Assembly: GCA_963693365.1 (NCBI GenBank)
Contig: CAVNZM010000014.1
Location: 4,340,001 to 4,404,000 of the forward strand
DNA: 64,000 nt
From: Amoebidium appalachense
Lineage: Eukaryota > Protista > Ichthyosporea
Reading direction: 5' to 3'
Under the pieces are notes generated by a model. It was not told where the DNA came from and did no database searches. It saw nothing but the letters and a program-made list of their open reading frames with translations. Positions 9,899-24,368 of the stretch are shown piece after piece. Made by a program: the position numbers and the translations under genes. The number at the start of each line of letters is the position of its first letter. Position 1 is the first letter of the stretch.

Positions 9899-12828
9899 AA
9901 AAAACAAGAGGAAAAAAAAACCCCCATCACTCAACCTTCAAACCTCTATGGCCAAGATCCATGTGTGATTATTATATGCTGCTGCAGGGCCCTCAAGCCA
10001 CTTTGAATTGCAATACCCCCCAGCCCCACCCAACGTGCACCCAGACACACCATTACCACACACACACACAACACACACACACACGTGGCGGTGGTGGCGA
10101 CAGTACGCCGGGGGGGGGGGGGGGGGGGGGGATGGCTGAATGCGCTGCAGAGTACTAAGTGCCTACGTATTTGACGACACAGGGCAGATCTTGCAGGAAA
10201 GAAACACTGGGAGGGTGGAAGTAGGGGCGGGGGGAGGGGGGGTAGGGCACAGTTGTGTGTGGGAAGGGGGCTGGGGGAGGCTGGAACGAAGCACACAGTG
10301 CACAGAGTTACCACCAAAGAACGTCAACACCGTGCACTTCGGGACAAGGAATTAACATGCAATATCACGTGGTAATCCTTGGTGCCTTCCAGATCCGGCA
10401 TAGTTAAGCAGCATGCAAGAGCTAAAGGAGGTGTTCCGAGTGTAAGCAGGCAGTTGGCAAGAAAACAGACGGAGAAGGGGACCATCCAGCCCCCCCTCCC
10501 CCCTCCAGCCCCCCCCCCCACCCGCCTGTCCGCCCGAGCAATACACTTTCTCACGTCTTTGAGATGTTCTTTATTGTCTCAAACTTCCCTTGTCTGTTCA
10601 CCATAAGTCGAACTAAAAGTTTACGAGTTTACAGATAACGGGGTAGCAAATTGCTGCAACGAACGTCACGAGCTGGAGGCAAACAATACCCAGAGGAAGA
10701 AACCAGCCATCGGACAAAGAGCATATGAGCCGTGTCCCACACAAAAAGTTCAGAATATCAGCCTGTTAGTTCTATATTAGATGCTTCTCTAGTTTGCCTC
10801 ATGGGGCGGTAGCAAGTAACCGGTAGGGTCTGTAAGAGGCCTGTAGCCAGCCCCCTGCCTGTGACCTGTAGAAGCCAGAGGGTTGTGTGTGTGGGGGGGG
10901 GGGGGGGGGGGAGGGGGAGGAGTCTCGTGTGTGTGGCCGAGCACCGTGTGATTGGCTCGTGCCTGCTTGCTGACTTATCCATTTGTCATTTGTACACGTC
11001 TGGAAATGTCAGGATCCTGCGATGCATGACAGGGTGCTACTGTTTCAATTGTGCTGGTCAGGCAGTGATGTGCACATGCAGTGGTCTCATTGCTATGCAT
11101 CATGTACAGTGGGCATGTCTCTCCGAGAGTCTCATACCTGGCAGTGCTGTGCATCTGCAAGCATGACCGTTGTTCTCATATCCGCCATTGTCTTGTTTGC
11201 GCAACTATTTGTCTGGTCTTCACGCAAACACAAGAATATCTTCAGTTTGTCAGAGCAGGGCTACGCAAAATCAAACACGGTTGTCGTTCTCACGGTCTGG
11301 CAGTGCTATGCACACGCACCGATACAGTTTGGCAGCTCTCTGAATGCAAGCAGATCTCCATTCCTTTGTTTGGCTGTGCTATAAATCTGCAGGCAAACCT
11401 TCTTGTGTGAAAGTTTGTACGTATGTCTTGCTTCTAGCATACTTAGGCGCGTGGAAAGGTTTCGCCGCAAACAAGAATTGAGAGGCACGTCACACCAGTG
11501 GGCAACGTTAAGGCAGTGTGCAGGTCGGAGCTTCGATCGACTCACCGTTACCCCAGCATGTTTTTTAACATTACACCGTGCCTACGTGTGCCTTTCAACG
11601 GGTTCACAAACAGCCAGGTTGGTACTCCTACTCCTATCAGTACTAGCTCTGCATGGAACCCAAAGCGGACCCCGCCAACACTACGGCTGTGTGTTCTCTA
11701 AGCAGGTTTTCACCGTTGGGCAACTCAACCGCTCATGAACAGTGAGTCAGTGAGCAGCTGATGGCAGCGCAGTTTTTTTTTTTTTTTTTTTTGGAGGGCT
11801 CACGGGCAGCTGGGCGAGTGAGCGACGATTGGTGGGTGCATAGGGTCCAACAACCAATTATTAGTTGGCATGTTTCCCTTATATGGCATGATGTGATATG
11901 TAACCAATAGGTGTAGTTCTTGAAATAAACAAAAGCAGGCTGCCCAGGCAGAAGGCATAAAACACGCGTATTTAAAGTCCTGTGCGTTTGTACTGCACAA
12001 AAAACAAAGAGCATATTATTTCTTTCTCAATTCAGTTGGCAAGTACTTTTGTCATTCTTATATAGATGATGGTAAAGGAAAGGAAAAATTTGGCTTGATG
12101 AAGTGCACCAACCAAAAATTCAAATTCAGGGTTGGTAAGATTGCGTGTCATCTAATGATCTTGCGCGAACCAATGAAAACTCAGTAAAGCTTTTGTGCCA
12201 CAAATTTTTATTGGTCCATGTTAGTGACGGCTCTTTCTCAACGTCATTGAATGTCCCCATAGTACACTGAGGTTTCAAAAGGGAATATTCGTCAATAATA
12301 CAAGTGAAAATAAATGTAAGCCAAAAGAAAGTTTTTGTGGCATACATTTAACACTTTCTGTATCTCTATTAGAACACGCCGACGTTCGATAAAAAAAAAA
12401 AAAAGCTTCATCCCTTGCAGATTGGTGATCAGGAGTCAACAGGGCTTGAAAGTATAGAATGCGAGCGTGGTAAAAAGAAATCACTGGCATTATCACTGCC
12501 CGAGTTCATGTATAGAGCTAAATTCTTAATTGTTCATCGTTGACAGAAGGCAGTTAATATCACATCAATTTCTATGTCCAAATTTATATATTCAATGTTT
12601 TCAACAACCTAACTATGAATGTATTCAGCAAACTACTATTTCTATGCTATCGTAATATGTAGGTGTCAAGAATAGCGGGCGGTTGACAGGTATGCGAATC
12701 TGCACGCCTCTCCCCGGTGTTGTGATAGCCAATGACAAGTGGGTTGACTGTATGTGTCGAACTCCAACAAAAAGCAGCGGGCGGGCTTGATGGCCGGCAG
12801 TCTCTCTGTGTGCGTGCATCGTTCAATC

Positions 12829-15208
12829 ATGTCCCCCTCCAACGAGCACGAACAGACTTTCGCCGTGCCGGCCGCCATGGCCGGCGCGTTCGTTGACTCC
12901 CGCGAGCAGTATGATCGCATGTACAAGCAGAGTATCGAGGACCCCGCGGCGTTCTGGACGCCGCTGGCCCAGGAGCTGCACTGGCAGCAGAGCTGGGAGA
13001 GCGTGGTCAATTACAACTTCAGCGTGTCCAAGGGCCCCATCAATGTGCAGTGGTTTGCAGGCGGAAAGACCAATGTCTGCTACAACGCTGTCGACCGCCA
13101 CGTCGAGGCCGGCAACGGCGACCGCATTGCCTTTTTCTGGTGGGTGCCACCATCTTTCCCTTTAGCTGGGGAAGGGGCAGCAATAATGTTGTGGGTAATC
13201 CAGACACGGCCGGCGTGTGGGAGGGGTCTGGTGGTGTGGCTCTACAACTTGCAGCGCGCCGAGCACGATCTAGTGGGAGGCTTTCTGGATGCATGCACAC
13301 AAAAGGTCGTGGAAGCCATTACGGCAATGATAAGGCCTGGGGCTAGACGGAGTTACGGTAGTTTGTGTGGGCTGAGCAGCTGGTGGGCAGGCAAGGGCAA
13401 GTATGGGAAGCAGTAGGCTTCTGGTTTTGGTTTGTGTGGGTTTGCAGGTCAGCACTGGCCTGTATGGCTTGCCGGTCACGATGTGGGAGGGTGGCTAGTT
13501 ACCGGGCTAAGTGCATCTTGGGAAGGAGGAAAGGGTTATTGGGCTGTGTGTGTGTCATGGAGAGGAGGGATGGGGTTGTTAGCCCAATAAACCCCTTCCC
13601 TCTTCCCAATACACACAGCCTAACAACCCCATCCCTCCTACAGGCTGTGTGTATTGGGAAGAGGGAAGGGGTTTATTGGGCTGTGTTTGTTGTGGAAAGA
13701 GGGAGGGGATGGAGGGTTGGCCATTCCAGTTGCTAAGGTCTGGGTGGGGCAGGGAGGGCAACGAGTCTGCCGATGCCAAGACGGTGACGTACAAGCAGCT
13801 GCAAGAAGAGGTGATCAAGATGGCAAACGTGCTGCTTGCTGCTGGCGTCAAGGCCGGTGACCGTGTGGCCCTCTATCTGCCCATGATCATGGAGCTGCCC
13901 GTGGCCATGCTGGCCTGCTGCCGCATCGGCGCTATCCACTCTGTCGTGGTACGTCTGCGCTCCGGGGGTGGAGGGGGGGGGGTGGAGGTGGGTTGCTTGA
14001 GGCTGGACACTGACTGGTGGGGTTGCAGTTCGGTGGGTTCTCGTCCAAGGCCTTGGCAGACCGCATCAAGGACAGCACGGCCGATGTGCTGATCACAGCC
14101 GACGGGGTGTTCCGCGGCAACAAGCTGATCGAGCTCAAGAAGATTGCCGATGCGGCGCTGGAGGAGTGTGACGAGGCTGGTGTGACCGTCAGCACGTGCA
14201 TTGTGGTCAAGTGGCAGGGCGGCGAGAAGGCCGTGGGCGCCTGGGGCCCACGCTACAAGTGGTACCACGACCTGGTGGCCGACGTCCCCACCACCTGCCC
14301 CCCCGTGTGGATGGACTCGGAGGCCCCCCTCTTCATGCTCTACACCAGGTAACATGCTGCAGCCTGTGTGTGCCTGGTGGGGGGGGGGGGGGGGGGGGAG
14401 GGGGGGGGGGTAGGAGTGTGCTGACGTTGCTTGTTTGGTGCAGTGGGTCCACAGGTGCCCCCAAGGGTGTGGTGCACACGACTGGCGGCTACATGGTCGA
14501 TGCCTATGCCACGTTCAAGTACGTGTTCGACTACAGGGAGGGCGACGTCTACTGGTGCACGGCCGACTGTGGCTGGATCACGGGCCACACCTACATCACA
14601 TACGGCCCCCTGCTTGCTGGCGCCACCAGCGTGATGTTCGAGGGCGTGCCCACTTACCCCGATGCCGGGCGGTTCTGGGCCGTGTGCGAGAAGTACAAGG
14701 TCAACCAGTTCTACACGGCGCCCACGGCCATCCGTGCGCTGATGCGGTTTGGCGACAACTACGTGACCAAGTACGACCTGTCGGCGCTGCGGGTGCTGGG
14801 GTCTGTTGGTGAGCCCATCAACCCCGAGGCCTGGCTGTGGTACTACCACGTGGTGGGCAAGAGCCGCTGTGCCGTGGTGGACACGTACTGGCAGACAGAG
14901 ACCGGCAGCCACATCATGACCCCCCTGCCCGGCGCCATTGCCACTAAGCCCGGCTCGTGCACCGTGCCCTTCTTCGGTGTCGACATCAAGCTGCTTGATG
15001 CCGAGGTAAATAACCACCTCTCTCTCTCTCCCTCTCTCTCCTCTCTCTTTCTCTCTCTCTCTTTCTCTCCCCCCCCCCCACACACACACACTCTCCCCCC
15101 CCCCCCCCCCCCCCCCCCCCCCTCTCTCTCTTTCTCTCCCTCTCCCTCTCTCTTTCTCTCTCTCTCTCTCTCCCTCTCTCGCCCCACTCTCTTTCTCTCT
15201 CTCTCTCT

Positions 15209-15240
<32 letters not shown>

Positions 15241-15378
15241 TCTCTCTCTCCCTCTCTCGCCCCACTCTCTTCTCTCTCTCTCTCTCCCCCCCCCCCCCCC
15301 CCCCCCCTCCTCTCCCTCCCTCCCTCCCTCCCACTCTCTCTCTCTCTCTCTCTCTTTCCCTTTCTCTCTCTCTCTTTC

Positions 15379-15416
<38 letters not shown>

Positions 15417-16609
15417 CCCCCCCCCACACACTCCCTCTCTTTCCCCCCCCTCCCCCCTCCCCTGCCTGTCCGTTGCATTTCTTTGCAAGCCAACATCATG
15501 GAACTACCCTGCACTGCTGCTTGTTTGCTTGAATACTTGGTGCCCATGTGAGGATATGAGGATGCTACAAGGTGCTGCATGTTGAAGCGCTGCTTGCATG
15601 CAGATGTAGGGTGTTGTGCACAGCACAGAGGAGGGGCAGGTACCGAGGGTTTTGTACTGGGCATTGGGGGAGTGGATAGAGATTGTGTGGAGGGGGGTTG
15701 TGCATATAGGTGGTGTGCATAGGGGGGGCGGATTGTTGTGCATAGGGGGTGGGGGGGTTATCGTGCATAAAGGGGGGGGGGGGTGCATGGAGGGGTTTTT
15801 TTGAATAGAGACTCGTGCATATGCGGGGAAGAGGGGGGAAGGGGGGGATATTATGCACGGGGGGTGTTGTTTGGGCAGGGGTGGGATGTTGTGCATAAAG
15901 GGGTGTTATGCAAGGGGGGGGGAGGGGGTGGGGGGGGATTTTGTGCGTAGAGGGGTGCTTTGCATGGGTGTCACAGACACTGACGATGGGGTGATGACAG
16001 GGCAAGGAGATCGAGGGGGAGGGGGAGGGGTTCATTGTGGCCAAGGGCCCCTGGCCGTCCATCACGCGCACGGTATACAACAACCACGGCCGCTACGAGG
16101 CCACCTACTTCAGCCAGTTTGACGGCTACTACTGCACCGGCGATGGCGGTCGCCGCGATGCCGACGGATACATGTGGGTGACGGGCCGTGTGGATGACGT
16201 CATGTGTGTGTCGGGCCACCGCATCGGCACGGCTGAGGTCGAGGCGGCGCTTGCCAGCCACGAGGCAGTCAGTGAGGCGGCGGCCATCCAGGTGCCCCAT
16301 GACATCAAGGGCAACGCCATCCACACCTTTGTGATCCTCAAGCCCGGCTGGGTGCTGGACGACAAGCTGCAGAGCCAGCTGCGCATGATTGTGCGCAGCC
16401 AGGTCGGTGCCTTTGCAGCCCCAGATGCCATCCGTGCTGCCCCAGGCCTGCCCAAGACACGGTCGGGCAAGATTATGAGGCGGGTGCTGCGCAAGATTGC
16501 ATGCCACGAGTTCGACTCCCTCGGCGACACATCGACCCTGGCTGAACCCCAGGTCGTGGACCAGCTGATCGAGGTCGTCCGGTCGACCCCGGCCGTGCAG
16601 GGCGCATAG
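12829..16609 (+). CDS. ACS: Acetyl-CoA synthetase (AMP-forming), 5 exons
   Basis: Exons 12829-13139, 13753-13948, 14029-14348, 14444-15005 and 16001-16609. Motifs [37 protein letters not shown] and [12 protein letters not shown]. Confidence 0.95.
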
Positions 16610-17495
16610 GGCGTGCAAATAGTAGGTGGCCCTGGGGGATGCACGGTATATAATGACACGTGCATGCACACTAATGGAATGTAGCAATATGTGTACTAGA
16701 GCAAATATGTGTGAAATTATGTAACTGACTCTAGGCATGGCCCACTGTGCATACACGTGGTCTTTGCGTGTGCTGCACACATGCATATACACACAGTGTG
16801 AATTGGGTCAGATTGTGAGAGATACACACGCACACGTGCTCGCATAGTGCAACCTAATGAATATACATTTTTATAGATCGATTTTGGCATTCCGCGACGT
16901 GACGTCTGGTTTACGTCATAATGGCGTTAGAGTATATGATTAGCTTTGTCTATACATGCTATAATCCCTTTTGTAGTAATTGCGTGGTTGCCAAATAAAG
17001 GATTTCTACAGAGATGCCGACAAATTTCAAAGCACACACACACATGCATTGTAACTTACCAACATACAACACAGTTGGCCTTTAATACCTACATGATGTG
17101 ATTGCTTGCTACACACATACATACACAAGCACGCACTCACAGACACGGTATGCCCCTTTGCACACACACTCACACACTCACTCAGTATGACCTAACACAC
17201 CTCTCTTTTCAAAATGAGCCGCATACAACAATACGAGTCTGTCTATAGCATGCGGTATGGGCCAACAGAGAATGAAATTATCACCCGCAAGCACATGCAT
17301 GCACTGGTATCACCCATGTTCGTGAATGCTAATCGTTCACAGGCACATGGTCTTGCACGGTAATGCATGCCCCCCCCCCCCCTTCTCTTACAACATACAC
17401 TGTGATCCCACTGAACGGAGGGTGCTCCTTAACCCCCTCCCCCAACACACACACACTACACGAGAAGCGTACACATCTCCCTCCCCTTCCCCCCT

Positions 17496-17534
<39 letters not shown>

Positions 17535-18050
17535 TTGGGCCCTCCCTGAGGATGGTCTCTGCTTATGACGCATACTGTGCGCATGGCTGATGTTGCATAC
17601 TTGATGAGAAGCATGGTGTAGGACACATGGCGTACTTCGTACCGTGTTCCGCATTCAAACCCCCCCCCACCACCACCACCACCACGCACACACCTGAACG
17701 GCCCTCGGGAGGTGGGGGCTCAGCCGGGGCTCATCCCCGGAGGTAAATCATGTGAATCGGTCACCAGCTAGCCCTCAACTTGCTTGGAGAGGGGAGCTGA
17801 GGAGGACAGGGGGGGGGGCTCCAAGGGGTTTCATCACCCCTACGGTTAGCTGCGGGAGGGGGTCAGGGGGTGCGACCATCTTTTTGAGCAGGTGGGTCCC
17901 CCTCCACTGGGGAATGGGGGAGGGGGGGGGGCCAAACACCGGAGAGAGCAAACGTACATGCATGGTAGCTAACATGGGTGTACTGTGCATACACACAGGG
18001 CTGCTATGTGGTTATATATTTGGCTCAGAGCAGCTGATAAGGGTGTCACA

Positions 18051-18370
18051 GTGTATATCTAACATAGGGTAGCTAATATGGGTGTGTGTATATCTAACAC
18101 AGGGTAGCTAATATGGGTGTGTATATCTAACACGGGGTAACTAATATGGGTGTGTATATCTAACACAGAGTAGCTGATATAGGTGTGTACTCTAACAGGG
18201 GGTAGCAGCTGTGATATGGGTGTATATCTAGTACAGGTAATATGGGTGTGTATATCTAACACAGGATAGCGAATAGGGGTGTGTATATCTAACACAGGAG
18301 AGCTAATATTAATAGGGGTGTGTATATCTAACACAGGGGAGCTAGTATGGGTGTGTATATCTGATACACG
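18051..18370. repeat. Intergenic minisatellite, about 31-33 bp unit (GTGTATATCTAACACAGGGTAGCTAATATGGGT)
   Basis: About 10 imperfect tandem copies read directly. Confidence 0.85.
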
Positions 18371-18506
18371 GTACTATCATACATACTACATTCCTCCCCC
18401 CCCCCCCGGGCCCACACACACACACTCACTCACACCCCTCCCCCCTCAACCCACCCACCCCTCCTCCCTCGGAACTCTCTTTCCCAGTGTGGATTATCCC
18501 TCCCCC

Positions 18507-18543
<37 letters not shown>

Positions 18544-18828
18544 ACCCCGCCCGCCCCACGATAATGCAGATCGTCTGACACGTGAGTAAAGTGTTTACGT
18601 GACCTCTTGACGTTGGGTTCCGTTTTTGTCACGGAGTCGACTTCTGTATTCTTTGTGCCTACCTTCAAGCACCACCCGTAACGGTCATAGATTTGCACTT
18701 CGATTACCACAATCCGATGCTCCCCCCCCCCCCCCCCCCCCCCCTTCCCCTCTCCCCTACAACCCCCCGTCCCCCCCTCCCCCCCCCCCCCCCTTCCCCT
18801 CTCCCCTACAACCCCCCATCCCCCCCTC

Positions 18829-18859
<31 letters not shown>

Positions 18860-20234
18860 AAAAAAAAACCGCAAACTCCTCCCCCCCCCCCCCCCCCCCC
18901 CCTCCTCCCCCTCCCCCCCTCCCCACACCCCACCCCCCCTACGCCTGCCACACACGCACCCCTTTTTCTACTCCCTAGTATGGATAATATAGGCTGGGGC
19001 GGAGGCCGGACACGGAGTAGCACAGGGACACGGTCGGGTTAGCATGATGGTATTGGCTCACACGCACTGCTGCACTGGCAATCCATTCAATTTCCACCCA
19101 CGTCACCTAACACAATGCCAAAAAACACCAAGTTTCACAAGAAAAGTGATGAAGTTGCGCATAGAAGGTTTTTAGAAGAAAGACGAAGCATCCATTTCAG
19201 GGTGTTGCGCCCACACTGCTCGGACTGAGAGAATTTGCAGGGTTCGGATTTCCACCAATCCGGGTGACAAATAAAAAGCTGTGTACTGTCGCAATGTCCT
19301 ATTCCTTCTCTTTCCACCCCATAGCACCCCAACGCTTTGATCATGAGTCTGCCCCCCCTCCCCCCCTCCCCTTCTTCCCCATCCCCACCCTTCCCCCAAT
19401 GATCCCTTCAACAAAAACTGTCATAGGCGACATATCCTCCCCCGCCCCCCCATCTCCCCCCCCCATCCCCCTCCGACTCAGCGCTTAAATGAATTTGCCA
19501 GATTGGTACAACCTCCCCAACCTCCGGGATCCCCCCCCCCCTCCCCTCCCCTTCCCCCCTTCTTCCCACCTTTTCTCAAGAAATAATATAAAGAATGCCT
19601 TGATGTTACTGACCAAGATACTGAACTGACTAATAGCAGGCAAGGCCTATGCCCGTATTGACTTCACATGCCCACTATTTTACATTGAAGAAACTTGACT
19701 CATGCACGTGCCATTACCGTGAGCCACACACACTGTCACTGGTCCGCCCCCACTGCAACCATGACGTCATCATGCCACGCACGCCCCTGCAGCTGCGAGC
19801 CAATGCCATATGTCTTTACTATGTCCCCAGATTCGTTTGGCTTTCAGTTGCGGCATATGCAATGCACGTTCAAGTCTCGTCCGCAAGAGCCAGTGGTTTG
19901 TACTGGCTCAGGCAGCACCACGGCTGCTTTGGTGTCGACCAATCATATTGCACCATTCCAACTCCTATCCAAATCTATTTGACTCCCCCCTACCACCCCA
20001 TACTGCCTGGTGGTCCAAAGGAAACAGGTGCACACCACATGGTCGTTGGTGTGCCAGCCACCAAGTCCATTGCTTGGAGCGGCCAGCGCCCATGCATGCC
20101 ACCCTGTGTGGGAAACCCTTAATTCCCCAGAAAACGCACACAAAAAGTAGCCAAAACCCCCCCAAACACACCAAAAGCCAAAAAAAAACCTCAATTTATC
20201 AATTTATAGAGGCCCAGAAGCCTAAAGGGCCGCC

Positions 20235-21845
20235 CTATGTGCTCAGGCGCTTCTCCAGCTCTCTGAAAGCCTTGTCTGCCACCTTCTCATGTTCGTCAAA
20301 CTCCTGCTCCACTGCCTCCACCTGTGTGCATGTGTCAGCACGGGCAGGGAGGAAAAAGTGCACACATATAGGGCACACACAGATGCAGGCGCACCCATCC
20401 GTGCCACCCAAAAATCCAATTTCAGTTCGCTTTCTGGCGGCACGCATCGGCCATGCGGCAAAATCCTGGGTACACACAGACAGACACACACATGCAGGGC
20501 ACACACAGACGGACACACACATGCAGGGCACACACAGACAGACACACACATGCAGGGCACACACACAGACACACACATGCAGGGCACACAGACACACACA
20601 TGCAGGGCACACACAGACAGACGCACACATGCAGGGCACACAGACACACACACGCAGGACACACACAGGCACATCCGTTCATCTCCACACACACCCACAC
20701 ACACACAGTGTGCACGTCCCACGTGCACCCAGGCACACGTACCTCTGGGCAGTAGTGCATGAGCATGTTCTCGATGCCGCCCTTGAGGGTTGCGGTGGAG
20801 GACGGGCACGTGCCGCATGCCCCGTGCAACTTGAGATAGACTGTGCCCTCCTCAAACCGCACAAACTCTACATCTCCACCGTCCTGCACACACACAGTCA
20901 GCATACACCCAGACACAGACAAATATGTACGCACACACCGAGACACACAGCCACGAAATGAACCCTTTGAACGCAAACACGCAGGCATGTTCTTTCACAT
21001 GCTCGACAACACAAAAACACAATCACACACACACAGTTGCACACACAAGACACCGGCACGCATGCACACACGCATGCACCGATGCACGGACACACACACG
21101 CACGGACAGCTGCACGCGCGCACGCTTACCTGCGGCCGGGTCGCTCACGCACACATGCACAAGCATCCCGCACGTACACACACGTACACACCCACCCACG
21201 CACCTCCTGGATGATTGGGCGGATGCGTGAGTCCAGCAGCTCCTTAATCATCATCACTGCAGCAACAAAGTCAGCACCCTGCAAACCCCCCCCCCCCCCC
21301 CTTCAGCATGCACACACACGCACCTGTCTCGCTGTCCTCCTGGCCATCGCCCTCCTTCACCTCCTTAGGCTCAGTGAACAGCGGCAGCCCGCTGGCAAAG
21401 TGATCCATCACAACGGCAAAGATTTCCTGCAGCCATACACTCAGACATGGGCCCTGTGCACACTAGACTGCCATGTGCCAGATGCACACACACAGCCGCA
21501 GGCACTAGTTGCACACAACCACATGAACAAGATGCACACAACCACACGAACTAGTTGCACACAACCACATGAACTAGTTGCACACAACCACTTGAACTAG
21601 TTGCACACAACCACACGAACTAGTTGCACACACACAACTACATGCACACAGGATGCAACCACACATTTGCACGCCTCTGCCCCACGTGCATCTCACACAA
21701 GCTACGGTCGGTATGGGCGGCATGTGCACGCGCATCAGACCTTCCATTGCCAGAATACACACACATGTGCAAGGCAATCCTTCACACATGCCATTATGCT
21801 CGCTAAACACATCCACATATGCAAAATCATGTTCATACAAGCCCG

Positions 21846-21886
<41 letters not shown>

Positions 21887-22247
21887 ACACACACAAACAT
21901 GCCTGCAAAACTCACAGTCGCACACTGGCAGACGGAGAACATATGTTCACACGTATGTACACATGGGCATGCACCATGTACGCAATCACCCACAAAGGCA
22001 CACACGAACACAACACACACACACACTTGCAGGCACATATGCAGCACGTTCACACGTATGCACACACGGACACTCAATCAGGCCACACCAGCCACCCATA
22101 GACCAACGTGTCACGTGCACCCCCCACACTGCCTACCGGCTTGATTTCGTTCCACGAATACTCCTCCAGCTTAGTCACGGTGATGAAGTCCCCCCCGAAC
22201 ATCAGACTGTCCACCCCTGCATACCCCTACTCTCAGTCTCTGACCCC

Positions 22248-22278
<31 letters not shown>

Positions 22279-23657
22279 ACACACAAAAAAAAAAAAAAAA
22301 AAAAAAAAAAGCTCTCCCTCCCATCCCCCCCTCCCCCCCCACCTACCCTGCACACGCATGAGCTGGCGGGCCAGGGGAGACGCAGCGGCGTCCTTGCCAC
22401 TGCGGAACACGGCCGTCTTGCCTGCCTCCATCACCTCGACCCTGCACAGCCCCGTGAGTCCTGGCACACAAGCACGTGCAGCCTGTGTGTGTTCCATGCC
22501 TGTCTGCTCTGACTCCCCCCCCCTTTATCCCCCATGCACGTCTAGTCGGCATGTGTGCGCACAGCCATACGGTGACTGCATCATGTGCTTGGAAAAGTGG
22601 AGAAAGAGAACGAATAAGAGCCACCGGTCCGGTGGCGGGGGAGGGGAGGGGGACGGAGGGGGGAAGTGTGTGTGTGTGTGTGTGTGCCTGTGTGTGTGTG
22701 TGCACGCACTTCATGTGTATGAGTATGAGAGTGAGCGAGTGAGTGAACGAGTGAGTTGAGTGAGTGAGTGAGTGAGTGAGTGAGAGAGTGCGTGCCTGAG
22801 TGAGTGAGTGAGTGAGTGAGTAAGCGAGCGCGTGCATGCGTGTAAGCTTTGGCAGGGAGTTCGAAGTGCAGAGCACAAAGGGACTGTAACGAAAAACCAA
22901 AGAGATCTTTGTAACAAGATGGGGGAAAAAAGGGAAGAAAAAACCGGGGGGAGTTTTAATTGTTCTTTGCAGAGGGGGGCAAAGCACAGGTCGGAGAGGG
23001 ATATTACGCAAGGGAAACGAAAGAAGCGGCAGTATGGGTTATTGACAAAGCAAACGAGGCGAAGGGGTGTGTGTGGGTGTGTGTGTGTGCGTGGTGGCGG
23101 AGAAGACAGAATGGCCAGCAGAGGGTGTATGGTGGGTGGCTGTATGTCCTATGTGCCACGCCCTTGCAGTTTGCGTTTTGGCTGTGTGTGTGTAGTTGAG
23201 CCTGGATGGTCTCGTATGGTGTGTCTGGCAACCATGTGCCTTTACAGCATGTGGGTGTGATACAGTTGTGTGCCCCCGTGTGTGCCTATGTGGATGTATC
23301 TACAAGCATACACCCGTGTCGGATCTATGCCAGTGTGGCAAGTGCTTGGGTTTTAGGCGTGGCTATCCCCTGTCCTTTGCGTTCCCTCAACGAATCTGGA
23401 TGGTACTTTGCGTCGATGTTGCCAGCAAGGCTAGCCATATGCGCAGGCAAACTGGGGAACACACGGCAGACTGCACTTCGCGCAGACAAAGCAGGAACAA
23501 ATCGGACAAGTACACGAGCCCGTGTCTCGGGTCCGAAAAGGGTAAAAAAGAGAGATAAGTGGGCATAGCTCATGCTTGCTTGTTACACAAGGGGGTCAAG
23601 CGTCACGAAAAGACAATGCACGTGCATGCGCACGCACGGAACTTCAATCTATGTGGC

Positions 23658-23691
<34 letters not shown>

Positions 23692-23965
23692 TCTTGTACT
23701 GCCACTGGGATGGAAACAACAGCTGCAAGGACCACGCAGACACGCAGGACATAAGGAAGCATACCCGGGCATGAACTTGAGCGACTGGGGGTTGGGGGTG
23801 TCCTGTGTCTGGATGAACATGCTGCGCCCCACCACCTGGCCACCTGCCTGCCAGTCAGCACACACCCCGTGCCCAGCCTGCCTGCCTTCGGGCACCATGG
23901 CCTACACACTACGGTGCAAACCGGCAGTGCACCCCAGCCCCTCCAAAGCATCCATCCCGCAAACC

Positions 23966-24009
<44 letters not shown>

Positions 24010-24368
24010 TCCCCCCCCCCCCCTCCCCCAACCCGAAACAACCCTGCGTACCTGCGGCTGTGGCCGGCACTGCCCTCTGCAGGTGACGTGCAGACTCCAG
24101 GGCCGAGCCCTTTGTTGCCGTCAACAGCCCCCTCACGGCCTGCCCTGCTGCGGGAGCCGTACGCGCCAGACGCACCCTACCCTCCGCGTTAGAAGCAAGA
24201 CGCACAAAGAGCCACGCAGGAGGAGGAAGGAGAAGGCGACAGGGAAGGAGGGGGGGGGGGGGGGGGGAGAGGGGGGAGGAAGGGGGGTAGGGGGAGTTAC
24301 CCATGTTGAGGGGCCCGCGCAACAGCAGCGGCAAAGGAGGCTAAACGTGTGCGCACGGCAGCACTCAT
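20235..24368 (-). CDS. NFU1: NFU1 mitochondrial Fe-S cluster scaffold, 9 exons
   Basis: Exons 24368-24301, 24176-24052, 23843-23765, 22441-22347, 22216-22137, 21426-21324, 21256-21204, 20883-20743 and 20321-20235. Arg/Ala-rich presequence, [35 protein letters not shown], and CxxC motif GACGTCPSS. Confidence 0.93.
21504..21630. repeat. Intronic minisatellite (CTAGTTGCACACAACCACATGAA)
   Basis: About 5 tandem copies in an NFU1 intron. Confidence 0.8.
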
